DNA of 64,000 nt. Source: Longimicrobiales bacterium. GTDB lineage: Bacteria > Gemmatimonadota > Gemmatimonadetes > Longimicrobiales > Gaopeijiaceae. The stretch covers positions 2,336,001-2,400,000 of the forward strand of contig OZ250165.1 of assembly GCA_965238005.1 (NCBI GenBank), given 5' to 3'. The notes under the pieces were generated by a model. The model had not been told where the DNA came from, ran no database searches, and saw only the letters and a program-made list of their open reading frames with translations. Positions 49,735 through 59,136 of the stretch are shown one piece after another; position 1 is the stretch's first letter, and every line of letters begins with the position of its first letter. A program made the translations under genes and the position numbers.

Positions 49735-50802
49735 TCAGAAGTAGAGGAAGGCCTGGACTTTGAACGACATCTCGGAGTCGCCCTCCTGGGGCAAATAGAT
49801 GTCGAGATTCGTCCCGATCTTGTTCCGGCCGGAGACGAACAGCGACAGCCCCGGGGTGATGAGCCAGGCTGAGTCGTCTGCGGTGTCCGTGTCCGGATCT
49901 CCCCAGCTGATCCGGGTCAGCGGCTCGAGGGCCGCCCACCGGTCCGAGTCGACGGGAATGTAGTACGTGAGGACCGCCTGACCCGTCAGGAAACGCGCCG
50001 GATCTCCCGACGCGTCGAGCTCCTTCCAGTTGTCGCCCCCGACCATGGCCGCCTGGAGGTGCAACCCCTCGTACCAGCCACCCCATTCCAGATCGGCGCC
50101 GAAAGCCGTTCCGTACTCGGTATTGCCATCCGTGTCCGGGTAGTCGTGGAGACCGACGAAGGCGCCGATCTCCAGATCGTCGGCGACCTCGAGCGCGGCG
50201 CGGCCCGAATACGACTTGCTGCCGTTTTCGTCCTTCACGTTCACGCCCGTACCATTGGTCATGGTGGCCATGTAGGAGAAGCGTCTGCCTGATCCCGCGA
50301 TCCGGAGCCCCGTGTCACGTTCCGAGTACTCGAGCTGCTGCGTGAAACGGCTGAACGTGCAGACGCCGCCAATGCCCGTACAGTCGCCTGCTCCCGGAAC
50401 GCGCCCATCCCGCTCGATGATGGAGAGCTGCGTGCTGCTGCTCAGCTCGAAGACCTCCGAGGCTCGCTTGAGCTGTCCGACGGAGACCGCAAAGCCCGGA
50501 TGGAACTTGAGGCTGACGTAGGCATCCTGGAGCGCCACCTCGCCTCCGGCGAAGTCCGGGAGCAGGCGCGCCTCGAAGAAGTCCGTGATCTCGATCCCGA
50601 AGAACACACGCGCTCGCCGAAGAAAGGAGTCGAAGGAAGTGGCGTCCGTAGCGGAAGATGTGGTCGACTGGACATGAAGGCGCCCCCCGATGGTGATCTT
50701 CGCGTTCCGGGCCTGGATCTCCGTCTGGCTCAAGGCTGGCAAGGGGGTCGAAAGGGCGGCTAAGGACGAGGCTACCATAATGTGCCTGACAGTGCCTTTC
50801 AT
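49735..50802 (-). CDS. porin, OprO/OprP-like
   Basis: Signal peptide, 'FLRRAR', 'LQDAY', 'GQ.K', 'RDTG', C-terminal Phe. Confidence 0.75.
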   Translation of the reverse strand: MKGTVRHIMVASSLAALSTPLPALSQTEIQARNAKITIGGRLHVQSTTSSATDATSFDSFLRRARVFFGIEITDFFEARLLPDFAGGEVALQDAYVSLKFHPGFAVSVGQLKRASEVFELSSSTQLSIIERDGRVPGAGDCTGIGGVCTFSRFTQQLEYSERDTGLRIAGSGRRFSYMATMTNGTGVNVKDENGSKSYSGRAALEVADDLEIGAFVGLHDYPDTDGNTEYGTAFGADLEWGGWYEGLHLQAAMVGGDNWKELDASGDPARFLTGQAVLTYYIPVDSDRWAALEPLTRISWGDPDTDTADDSAWLITPGLSLFVSGRNKIGTNLDIYLPQEGDSEMSFKVQAFLYF

Positions 50803-50957
50803 GTGCCTCGTCTCTCGGATGGTCCACTCGGCGACGCCCCAGAACGTAGGGGCGCAGACAACGCGAACAACCCCGCTACACCGCTAGCCGGACGTGTGTC
50901 ACCGGGATGACTACGGGGGTGTGATGGATCGGTGTCCTGTGGGGGGAGAACAGCGAG

Positions 50958-53375
50958 CTACATCACGGCACGTCTTAGGACGGCCCGGACCCGGGCTATG
51001 AAGCGCTGCGCGTCGACGGACTTCTCGAGATAGTCGTCGGCACCGGCCTCCAGGAGCTCCTGCTCCACGCTCTCGTTTCCGAAGGCGGTGCTCACGAGAA
51101 CGGGAATGGCTGCCGTGTCCTTGGAGCCTCGAATGCGGTCGAGAACCTTGCGGCCGTCCAGGCCGGGCATGCTCAGGTCCAGGATGACGAGGTTGTAGTC
51201 GGGATCGAGCTTGAGCATGTCCAGAGCCTCGAAGCCGTCCTTGGCCATGGATACCACGTATCCCTCGGTGTCCAGAATGGCGTGGTACATGAGCCGGGCC
51301 TCTTCGTCGTCGTCCACCACCAGAACCCGGACCGGACCCTTGTCCTCCTCAATTTCGTCCTCGGGAGTTTGGCTGCCCATGGCCCGCTCTACCTCCACCA
51401 GCGTCGTCTTCCCCTGGGTGACCCAGTCCAGGGCCACCTGGTGCAGCGGCCGCATCCCGCCCTGTGCGGCGATCCGGTGGAGCGTCTGCCACCCCTTGCG
51501 GGCTTCCACGGCCGCCTGGAAACGGGGTCCGACCACCAAGACCTCGTTCACCGGGATCCTCCCACTGTAGCCCGTGAAGCCACAGTCCGCGCAGCCCACG
51601 GCCCGAACCATGGGCTCGATCTCGTTCAGCTCCGTGAGACGCTGCTCCTCCGGAGTGAGCTTGCCCCTCACGGGCTCGGCACAGGCGCCGCACACCCTGC
51701 GAAGGAGGCGCTGGGCGATGGTGCCCCGAAGCGTCGACGAGATCGTGCTGTAAGGCACTCCCATGTCGGCCATCCGGGCGACCGCGCTCACGGCGTCGTT
51801 GGCGTGGACGGTCGCCAGGACGAGGTGACCCGTCATGGCGGCATGGATCGCCGTCTCGGCCGTCTCGTGATCCCGGATCTCACCCACCAGCCGGATCTCA
51901 CCCACCAGGATGATGTCGGGGTCCTGCCGGGGAATCGCCCGCAGGGCACGACTGAACGTCACGCCCTGTTTCGTCTCCACCTGGGTCTGCGTGATTTGCG
52001 GAAGCTCGTACTCGATGGGATCCTCGACGGTCATGATGTTGACCTTCCCGTCGGCCAGCTCGCGAAGCGCCCCGTAGAGAGTCGTCGTTTTGCCGGATCC
52101 CGTAGGCCCGGTAACGAGGACGATGCCCTCCCGCAGGCTGATAAGCTGCCGCAGCCGGTCCAGCTCATAGGTCGGAAGGCTGAGGTCCTCGAGGGTTGGT
52201 GAGGCGTTGGAGTCCAGCACCCGGATCACGCACTTCTCGGAGACACCGGCAGGAATCGTGGAGATCCGCAGGTCGTACGCCAGGTTGTGGATGCGCACCC
52301 GGGCCTTGCCGTCTTGCGGGCGAAGCCGATCGGCGATGTCGAGCTTCGAAAGGATCTTCACTCGCGAGATCACCCGGTTCATGGCCGACATGGGGAGGTC
52401 CATGTGCTTTCTGAGCACCCCGTCGACCCTGAACCGGATCGCGCCCACCTTCCGGCCGGGCTCGATGTGGATGTCCGACGCGCCCTGCACGATGGCGTCC
52501 CGGATGACGAGGTTGGTGAGCTTCACGACCGGGGTGGCCGCCGCATCCTCGGAGCTGATGGACTCGGGGCCCATCTCCTCGACCAGCTTGACCGCGTCGT
52601 CGTCGATATCGTCGGCTTCGAGCGTGTCGAGAAGGCTCTCGATCGCCTGCTCGGGGGAGAAGCGGGCATCCAGCGCCTCCTGGATGGCGATGGGTGCGGC
52701 GACCTGGAAGATGGTGGTCCGGCCGGTGCTGAAGCTCAGGGCCCGCTCGGCCTCCACATCGGTGGGATCACAGGTCGCCACCAGCAAGTGCCGATCCGTC
52801 TCGTAGAGCGGGTAGATGTAATGCTTGCGAGCCATGGGCTCCGGCACCAGGAGAACCGCATTCGGATCACGGGCGGAGAAGTCCACTACCTCGAGGCGGA
52901 AGTACTCGGCGACGAGAATGCAGAGTCGCTCGTCGTCGATTTTGTAGGTGCGACTCACGACGGACCATGCGTCCATGGCGGGCGCATCCGGGGGGAGATC
53001 CGGACGTTCACCCTCGAGCCCAGCACGCTCCGCGATCCGCGCCAGCCAGTGAATGGCCGTCGTGCCCATCGCCACCGCCGGAACAGCCCCTCCATCGGTG
53101 TCGGCGTAGGCGACCTCGCCCTCCACGTCCTCGGACTCGGCCTCGGAGGCCTCATCGGCCACGTGATCGGCATCGGAGACCTCACCTGCTTCGGAGACCT
53201 CGCCGGTGTCCAAGGCGTCGTGCTCGTCGGCAGTCACCTGAGCGGCTCCGCGGGCCTCGGCGAGATCCCCGGCGCCCGGTTGGTCGGACTGGGGCTGATC
53301 GTCCGCCATGTCCTCGTCTCCGAGCTCCAGCACGGGCTCGGGAATGTCGACAGGGTCGGTCGTCATCTCGTCCAT
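50958..53375 (-). CDS. GspE/PilB-family secretion ATPase with C-terminal receiver domain
   Basis: 'ASDIHIEP', Walker A GPTGSGKTT, 'VEDPIE', 'TGHLV.ATVHAN', CxxC pairs, then REC 'VLVVDDD...ILDLSMP..DG...K'. Confidence 0.92.
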   Translation of the reverse strand: MDEMTTDPVDIPEPVLELGDEDMADDQPQSDQPGAGDLAEARGAAQVTADEHDALDTGEVSEAGEVSDADHVADEASEAESEDVEGEVAYADTDGGAVPAVAMGTTAIHWLARIAERAGLEGERPDLPPDAPAMDAWSVVSRTYKIDDERLCILVAEYFRLEVVDFSARDPNAVLLVPEPMARKHYIYPLYETDRHLLVATCDPTDVEAERALSFSTGRTTIFQVAAPIAIQEALDARFSPEQAIESLLDTLEADDIDDDAVKLVEEMGPESISSEDAAATPVVKLTNLVIRDAIVQGASDIHIEPGRKVGAIRFRVDGVLRKHMDLPMSAMNRVISRVKILSKLDIADRLRPQDGKARVRIHNLAYDLRISTIPAGVSEKCVIRVLDSNASPTLEDLSLPTYELDRLRQLISLREGIVLVTGPTGSGKTTTLYGALRELADGKVNIMTVEDPIEYELPQITQTQVETKQGVTFSRALRAIPRQDPDIILVGEIRLVGEIRDHETAETAIHAAMTGHLVLATVHANDAVSAVARMADMGVPYSTISSTLRGTIAQRLLRRVCGACAEPVRGKLTPEEQRLTELNEIEPMVRAVGCADCGFTGYSGRIPVNEVLVVGPRFQAAVEARKGWQTLHRIAAQGGMRPLHQVALDWVTQGKTTLVEVERAMGSQTPEDEIEEDKGPVRVLVVDDDEEARLMYHAILDTEGYVVSMAKDGFEALDMLKLDPDYNLVILDLSMPGLDGRKVLDRIRGSKDTAAIPVLVSTAFGNESVEQELLEAGADDYLEKSVDAQRFIARVRAVLRRAVM
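51873..51908. repeat. perfect 18-bp tandem duplication in the Walker B codons
   Basis: CCGGATCTCACCCACCAG x2, giving LVGEIR-LVGEIR. Confidence 0.95.
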
Positions 53376-53377
53376 GA

Positions 53378-54283
53378 TCAGGACACCATCACCCTTCTCT
53401 TGCCTTGCTTCTCGGCGTACATAGCTGCGTCGGCCTTGGCGAGGAGATCATCGAGGCTCGTGACGTCCTCACCCACGTACCGCGTGGTGCCGACGCTCAC
53501 CGAGAGCTGGAACTGCTCCTTTGTGTGCTCGTTGAGCTCGTCCAGCTCCTCCCGGAGTCGCTCGACGAGCTGTGCGGCATCTTCACCCGACGCTTCCATG
53601 GCCAGGACGGCGAACTCGTCCCCGCCCATGCGGGCGACGATGTCCGAGCGTCGGAAGGTCCCCCGAAGTGTGTCCGCCACAGAGCGCAGAGCGCGGTCGC
53701 CGACGTGATGCCCCAGGGTGTCGTTGATCGTCTTGAAGCGGTCGATGTCCAGATATATGAGCGACACGCCCCTGGAAGTCCGGCGGGCCAGCTTCAGGTA
53801 CTGCTCGCCCAGGTCGTTGAACCCGCGTCTGTTGTACAGGCTGGTCAGGTCGTCGATGAGGGACAGGCTCCGTAGAGCCGAGAGGAGCCTGTGTCGCTCG
53901 ATGGCGTAGCGGACGGAGCGCACGAGAACGTTCGGCTCGGCCTCCCGCATGGCCATGCAGTCCTGCGCTCCACCCTGGACCGTCCGAACCGCCAGCTCCT
54001 CGTCGTCGTCCTGGGTGAGGACGATGATCGGTATGTGGGGAGCGAAGGCGTACATGCGCTCGAAGCTCGAGAGCCCCTGACTGTCGGGGAGCTCGGGATC
54101 GAGGATCACGGCATCGATACCGCCCTCCGAAAGGAGCTCGAGAGCCCCGGACATCTCGCCGGCCCATTCGACCTCCATAGACGGTCCCGACGCGCTCTCG
54201 AACGCCTCCTTGAGGGGATCGAGATGCGACGGCCCGGCCTCCACGAGAAGAACCTTCGTGGGTCGGTGTCCACCATCGTTCAT
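53378..54283 (-). CDS. response-regulator diguanylate cyclase (REC-GGDEF)
   Basis: N-terminal REC (atypical acidic pocket 'VEAG'), 'DIDRFK.INDTLGH', I-site RRSD, intact GGDEF. Confidence 0.93.
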   Translation of the reverse strand: MNDGGHRPTKVLLVEAGPSHLDPLKEAFESASGPSMEVEWAGEMSGALELLSEGGIDAVILDPELPDSQGLSSFERMYAFAPHIPIIVLTQDDDEELAVRTVQGGAQDCMAMREAEPNVLVRSVRYAIERHRLLSALRSLSLIDDLTSLYNRRGFNDLGEQYLKLARRTSRGVSLIYLDIDRFKTINDTLGHHVGDRALRSVADTLRGTFRRSDIVARMGGDEFAVLAMEASGEDAAQLVERLREELDELNEHTKEQFQLSVSVGTTRYVGEDVTSLDDLLAKADAAMYAEKQGKRRVMVS

Positions 54284-54621
54284 CGCTGGGCCAGTCTCCG
54301 AGTCACGCGAGCCTCCGCAGAATCTAGACCTTGGCGATTCCCGGGAGAATCGACCAAGTGGTTCCGCGCGAACGGGTTCGACGGTGGCAACGCCGACCGC
54401 CAGTTCCCCTTAGTCAAGTTAAATGGACGCTCATGGCCCCGCAAAGACCTCATTGCATTGGCCCCCGGCGCGAGCGCGGAGCTCCTAAGACGAAGAGACG
54501 GCCCGCCGGGTTCCCCCGGGGACCGTCCCTCGGTACACCAGTGTTCCGTTTTCGAAGTTCGCCAGCCACCAGGAGGGTCGGGGTCCTCGGGCCCGCACTC
54601 CTTCCTTCTCTCGGGAAGGGG

Positions 54622-55397
54622 TCAGCCGCCCCTCAGCATCTCCTCGAAGAAGTCGATGACGTGGTCGTCATCCGACTGAGACAACCGAACACGGCGCTTC
54701 GCCTGACCTTCGAGTGCCTGGACGTGCGCGTCAGCTCCATGAGGATCGGAATCGATTCGACGTCGGACCTCTGGGAGATGGCGAACACCGCGGCCTCCCG
54801 TACTTCGGCCTCTGGGTCGCCATCGTCGGAGTCGTACTCAGGCTCTCTTCCCCCGGCGTCGGCAACTTCCTGACCCAACCAGAAGACCGCCTGCTCTCGG
54901 ACGTCTTCGTCCAGGTAGCGATCTCGTGCGATGTCGACCAGCGCAGGCCACACGACCACGTCGCGGGCTATCATGGCCGGCAGGAGAGCGTCTTCCGCGA
55001 CTCCCCGCCGCGGACTGCTCCGCGCCAAGCCTAGAAGGAACGAGGCCGCCTCTTCAGCGGATCGGAGCCCAAGATCGGTCTCGGCATGCGCCCCGGGGTC
55101 TGGAGGCTCCAGGTTCAGGCTGCGGATGGCGCCGTCCCGCACCTCCATCGTCACCTGGGCCTCTCCGTCGGCACAGCCGTCCCTCCATCCCCTGCGGACA
55201 TTGCCGTGCTGCCACCTCTCGTCGACCCGGATGCCGTTGTCGCAGACTTCGACGTCGTCGTCGATTGGGAAGCGGAAAACGACCTCACCGCTTCGCACCG
55301 CCTTCACGGCCCGCTCCAGGCTCTGAGCATACGATCCGGATCCTGGCTCCGCCTGAGCCAGTCCCGCGGCCAGGAGTATCGCCACTGCCCGTCTCAT
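54622..55397 (-). pseudogene. secreted HEAT-repeat protein, frameshifted near the 3' end
   Basis: 'VRE.AVFWL.Q' repeats. TTC-GG-TTG near 54696 lacks one base. The shifted frame continues LSQSDDDHVIDFFEEMLRGG*. Confidence 0.7.
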
Positions 55398-56010
55398 CGG
55401 ACCACCCGCGGACGGATGAGCTCCAGCAGGAAGTTCGCGACCCTTGGGTCGTCACTCTGCCCGAGCCAGAAAAGTGCGCTCTTCTGAAGGTCCGTATCCT
55501 CCTCGCCCAGGGCGATCTCTATGAGCTCCTCCACCGCTTCCTCCTCGTGCGAGCTCTGGGAGAGTGCGAAGATGATCTGGTCCTTCATCTCATGGTCGGC
55601 GACGTCTACGTACAAGTCGACCAGACGAATCGGCTCGACGCCGGCCTGGCCGAGCCAGAAGATCGCGTTCTCGCGGATGTCGTCGGGAACGCTCTGGTCG
55701 CCGGCGTAGTCCCTGAGCATCTCCGTGGAGCGAGGACTGTCGTGCTGTGAGATGGCGAAGACGGCCTTCTCCTGGATCTCCGGGTCGTCGCTGTCCTCCA
55801 GGATCGACACCAGGGCGTCCAGGGCACGCTCGTCCTCCACCTGGGAAAGCCAGAAGACGGCCGACTCCCGGACGTCGTCGTCCAGTCTGTTGGCCCGGGC
55901 GATATCGTCGAGCTCGGGCCACACGGTCACGCCATCGGCGATGACGGCCGGCATGATGGCGTCCTCGGCCAGCGGCGCCGCGGCCGCGGTCGCCAGAGCC
56001 GTCCAGAGCG
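55394..56010 (-). pseudogene. HEAT-repeat protein lacking its native 5' end
   Basis: Repeated 'A.FWL.Q / A.FAISQ'. Paralogous to 54622-55397. Upstream sequence is unrelated gene debris. Confidence 0.7.
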
Positions 56011-56099
56011 GCGATGGTTTGGCTCTCCAGGTCCACCGCGATCGCCCGGGTCTCCGATGCCAGCTGGAGCAGCACCCACGGGCAGGGGCCAGCGACAGC

Positions 56100-56225
56100 C
56101 CCTCCTTTGGCACGTTCAACCATACGTTTCCCCTGATGAACGTCAAAGGGTTCATGCCGCACCAGGGCCTCCTTCTCATCGCCGCGCTCCTTCCCGAGGA
56201 GTGGAAAGTCCGGTTGGTGGACGAG
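56100..56225 (+). pseudogene. B12-binding radical SAM N-terminal fragment, HpnP-like
   Basis: 'SFGTFNHTFPLMNVKGFMPHQGLLLIAALLPEEWKVRLVDE'. Confidence 0.75.
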
Positions 56226-56323
56226 AGCACCTTTCTGATCGACCGGGAGGGACAGGTGGCCGAGAGCTTCCTCCACGACGCCTCGCCCGACGAGATCAGC
56301 GCCCTTCTGGAGGTCGTGGCCGG

Positions 56324-57694
56324 TTAGGTAAGCGCCAGGGACGCCACAGCCTCGGAAGATCCCAGGTCCAGCGGGATGGTGAGGCGCGCCCGGGCGCCCT
56401 TGCCATTCGGGCGGTTCTCGAGCGTCAGCGTTCCGCCGTGCCCTTCCGCTATCTGGCGGCAGAGGGCGAGGCCGATCCCACTCCCCCCCGGCTTTGTGGT
56501 GTAGAAGGGAACGAAGAGGTTGCCCGTATCGCCCGGAAGCCCCGGTCCCTCGTCCTCAACCAGGACGTGGAGGTGATTCACCACCAACGTCCACGAGAAG
56601 CTCACCCGGCCGTCGGTCTCGAGAGCTGCGTCCACAGCGTTCCGGACCAGGTTGATGAGAAGCTGCTCCAGTTGATCGGCGTCGGCCTGGATCGTGACCT
56701 CCGGTCCCGGCTTGACCCCCACGTCCATGCGCGTCTCGACGGCCACGATGCGGCGCACCAGGGCCTCCACCTCCACCGGAGCGAGTTGGGGCTCCGGAAG
56801 CCTGGCAAGCTGCGCGTACGAGGCCATGAAGCGGCCGAGGGATTCCGCCCGACCCGAGATGACCTGCAGGCCACTGCCCACGTCCTCCTCGATCTCGGGA
56901 GGGAGCGCGTTCCGTTGCGTCAGGCTCTGGAGGCTTCCGGCGATGGACTTGATGGGCGCCAGCGAGTTGTTGATCTCGTGGCTCAGGACCCGGATGATCC
57001 GCTTCCAGGCCTGGCGCTCCTCTTCTCGTAGGGCCCGCCTCAGGTCCGAGAGCACGATGAGGCGCAGGGGCTGTCCTTCCTGACGTACGACCGTGCGACG
57101 TAGCTCCCAGCGGCCCGTGCCACCGGGATGGTTGAGCTCCAGGGTGCGGGGCGCCACACCGTGGAGGGTTTCGCTGAGGCGAAGCTCAGCAGCAGACGTA
57201 CCGATTACGCGCTCGCTCGACTGGCCCAGGAGCTTCTCGCCCGCGCGGTTGAGCAGTCGCAGGGTCTCCTCCTCGTCGAAAGCGAACACGGCGAGGTCCA
57301 CCTCCTCCAAGACCTTCCGCAGGAGCGCCGTCGCCTCGACGGCTCCGAGTCGTTGCTCCCTCAAGACCTCCTCGAGGGCGTTCGCCTCCAGGTACGTGAT
57401 GGCCAGGGGACCCTTGGTACCGGCCCCTCGGACCCGAATGGAGAAGTCCCCCTCCCGGAGTGCCGCCAACATGTTGGAGAGGGTCTGAAGCGGACGGACG
57501 ACACGTTCCCGCACCGCATAGGTGAATCCGAACCAGCTCCCGAAAAGGACCACCGAGAGGGTCCACTGGAGACGGGCGGAGTAGGGCCCCAGCCACAGGA
57601 AACCGAGGGCGAGGGCCATGCCCGGCAGGCCCGCCATGAGAACCAGGAGCACGATACGGTGGTCGTGGCGGACCAGCTCCCACCACCGTCTCAT
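56324..57694 (-). CDS. sensor histidine kinase (NtrY-like, 2 TM)
   Basis: H-box 'LSHEINNSL.PI', 'NLVRNA', 'DEGPG', 'FYTTK..GSGIGL'. Confidence 0.95.
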   Translation of the reverse strand: MRRWWELVRHDHRIVLLVLMAGLPGMALALGFLWLGPYSARLQWTLSVVLFGSWFGFTYAVRERVVRPLQTLSNMLAALREGDFSIRVRGAGTKGPLAITYLEANALEEVLREQRLGAVEATALLRKVLEEVDLAVFAFDEEETLRLLNRAGEKLLGQSSERVIGTSAAELRLSETLHGVAPRTLELNHPGGTGRWELRRTVVRQEGQPLRLIVLSDLRRALREEERQAWKRIIRVLSHEINNSLAPIKSIAGSLQSLTQRNALPPEIEEDVGSGLQVISGRAESLGRFMASYAQLARLPEPQLAPVEVEALVRRIVAVETRMDVGVKPGPEVTIQADADQLEQLLINLVRNAVDAALETDGRVSFSWTLVVNHLHVLVEDEGPGLPGDTGNLFVPFYTTKPGGSGIGLALCRQIAEGHGGTLTLENRPNGKGARARLTIPLDLGSSEAVASLALT

Positions 57695-57744
57695 ACGCTC
57701 CTCCTAGAGGCCTGTTTGAGGGGCGCCAGCACACTCAACCCGGT

Positions 57745-59124
57745 TCATTCCGGCTCGCCGCCGAGGTCGAAGCGCTGCAGTCGTCGATAGAGGGCGCTGC
57801 GACTCAGTCCGAGATCCTCGGCCGCCTTGGACACGTTGCCGTCGTTTCGGCTCATGGCCCGCTCGATGAGGAGCCGCTCCGCCTCGTCCAGGGTGAGATC
57901 ATCCATCTTGGGCCCGCCTCCGCTGCGGGGCTGGAGCCATAGGTCCTCCGCGCGGATGCGGTCGCCCTGGGCCATCAGGATGGCCCGCTCGACCGCGTGC
58001 TCCAACTCCCGGACGTTGCCCGGCCACGGATGGCTCATGAGAGCCTGCATGGCGTCGTCGGCGAAACCCTCTACCTGGCGTCCATATCGGGAGCGTTGCC
58101 GCTCCAGGAAGTGGAGGGCCAGACTGGAGATGTCCTCTCTGCGCTCCCGCAGGGGCGGAAGCTGAATCTCCACAGTATTCAGCCGATAGAGCAGATCCTC
58201 CCGGAAGTGACCCGCGGCCACCACCTCGGCGAGATTGGCGTTGGTGGCCGAGAGAAGCCGAACATCCACTTGGCGGATCTTCGACGACCCCACCCGCTGG
58301 ATCTCACCGGTCTCCAAGACCCGGAGGAGCTTGGCTTGCTGCTGCAGCGAGATGTTGGAGATTTCGTCCAGGAAAATCGTGCCTTGATGGGCGAGCTCGA
58401 AACACCCGATCCGGTCGGTCTTTGCGTCCGTAAAGGCCCCCTTCACATGGCCGAAGAGCTCGCTCTCGAACACCCCCTCGGAAAATCCGCCCGCGTTGAC
58501 GGCAACGAGGGTGTTCTTGGAACGCTCGGACACCATGTGGAGCCAGCGCGCCACGACCTCTTTTCCGGTCCCGTGCTCGCCGGTGATGAGGACGTTGGCC
58601 TCTGATGGCCCCACTCGCTCCATGATGCGGAGCACCGGCTCCATGACCTTGGAGTGGGCAATGAAGTCGGGCGTGTCCTTGCCCCGGAGAAGCCGATTCT
58701 GGTCCTCCAGGAGCTGACCGCGGCGTAGAGCCCTCCCGAGCTCGATCTGGGTCCTGAGGGTCTTCACCAGCCGCTCGTTGTCCCACGGCTTCTCGACGTA
58801 GTCCCTGGCCCCTCGCCGCATGGCGTCCACCGCCCCGTCCACGCTGCTCCAGGCCGTCATCACCAGAACCGGAAGATTCGCATCGAGGCTGCGGAGCTGT
58901 GTGAGGAGGTCCATTCCCTCCTCACCGGACGTGGTGTCACGGGTGTAGTTCAGATCAATCAGGACGGCGTCGAAATCGGTCTTCTCGACGCTGGAGAGGA
59001 TCCGCGACGGTGAGCTCGCCGTGACGATCTCGAAGCCCTCGCCCTTCAGGAGGATGCGGAGGGCCTCGAGGACGTCCGCCTGGTCGTCGGCGACCAGAAC
59101 GCACGGGGTGTCCGATGCGCCCAT
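57745..59124 (-). CDS. NtrC-family sigma54-dependent response regulator
   Basis: REC, AAA+ 'GEHGTGKE', 'ESELFGH.KGAFTDA', 'WPGNVREL', Fis-type HTH. Confidence 0.95.
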   Translation of the reverse strand: MGASDTPCVLVADDQADVLEALRILLKGEGFEIVTASSPSRILSSVEKTDFDAVLIDLNYTRDTTSGEEGMDLLTQLRSLDANLPVLVMTAWSSVDGAVDAMRRGARDYVEKPWDNERLVKTLRTQIELGRALRRGQLLEDQNRLLRGKDTPDFIAHSKVMEPVLRIMERVGPSEANVLITGEHGTGKEVVARWLHMVSERSKNTLVAVNAGGFSEGVFESELFGHVKGAFTDAKTDRIGCFELAHQGTIFLDEISNISLQQQAKLLRVLETGEIQRVGSSKIRQVDVRLLSATNANLAEVVAAGHFREDLLYRLNTVEIQLPPLRERREDISSLALHFLERQRSRYGRQVEGFADDAMQALMSHPWPGNVRELEHAVERAILMAQGDRIRAEDLWLQPRSGGGPKMDDLTLDEAERLLIERAMSRNDGNVSKAAEDLGLSRSALYRRLQRFDLGGEPE

Positions 59125-59136
59125 TCAGCTAGTGCC

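Noticed and set aside
50803..50957. Pho box upstream of the OprO/P-like porin
   Set aside because: Only weak, irregularly spaced TCA(C/T)-like half-sites.
53020..53060. Canonical MshEN c-di-GMP motif in the ATPase
   Set aside because: Lacks RLGxxL and the second repeat, so it is reported only as degenerate.
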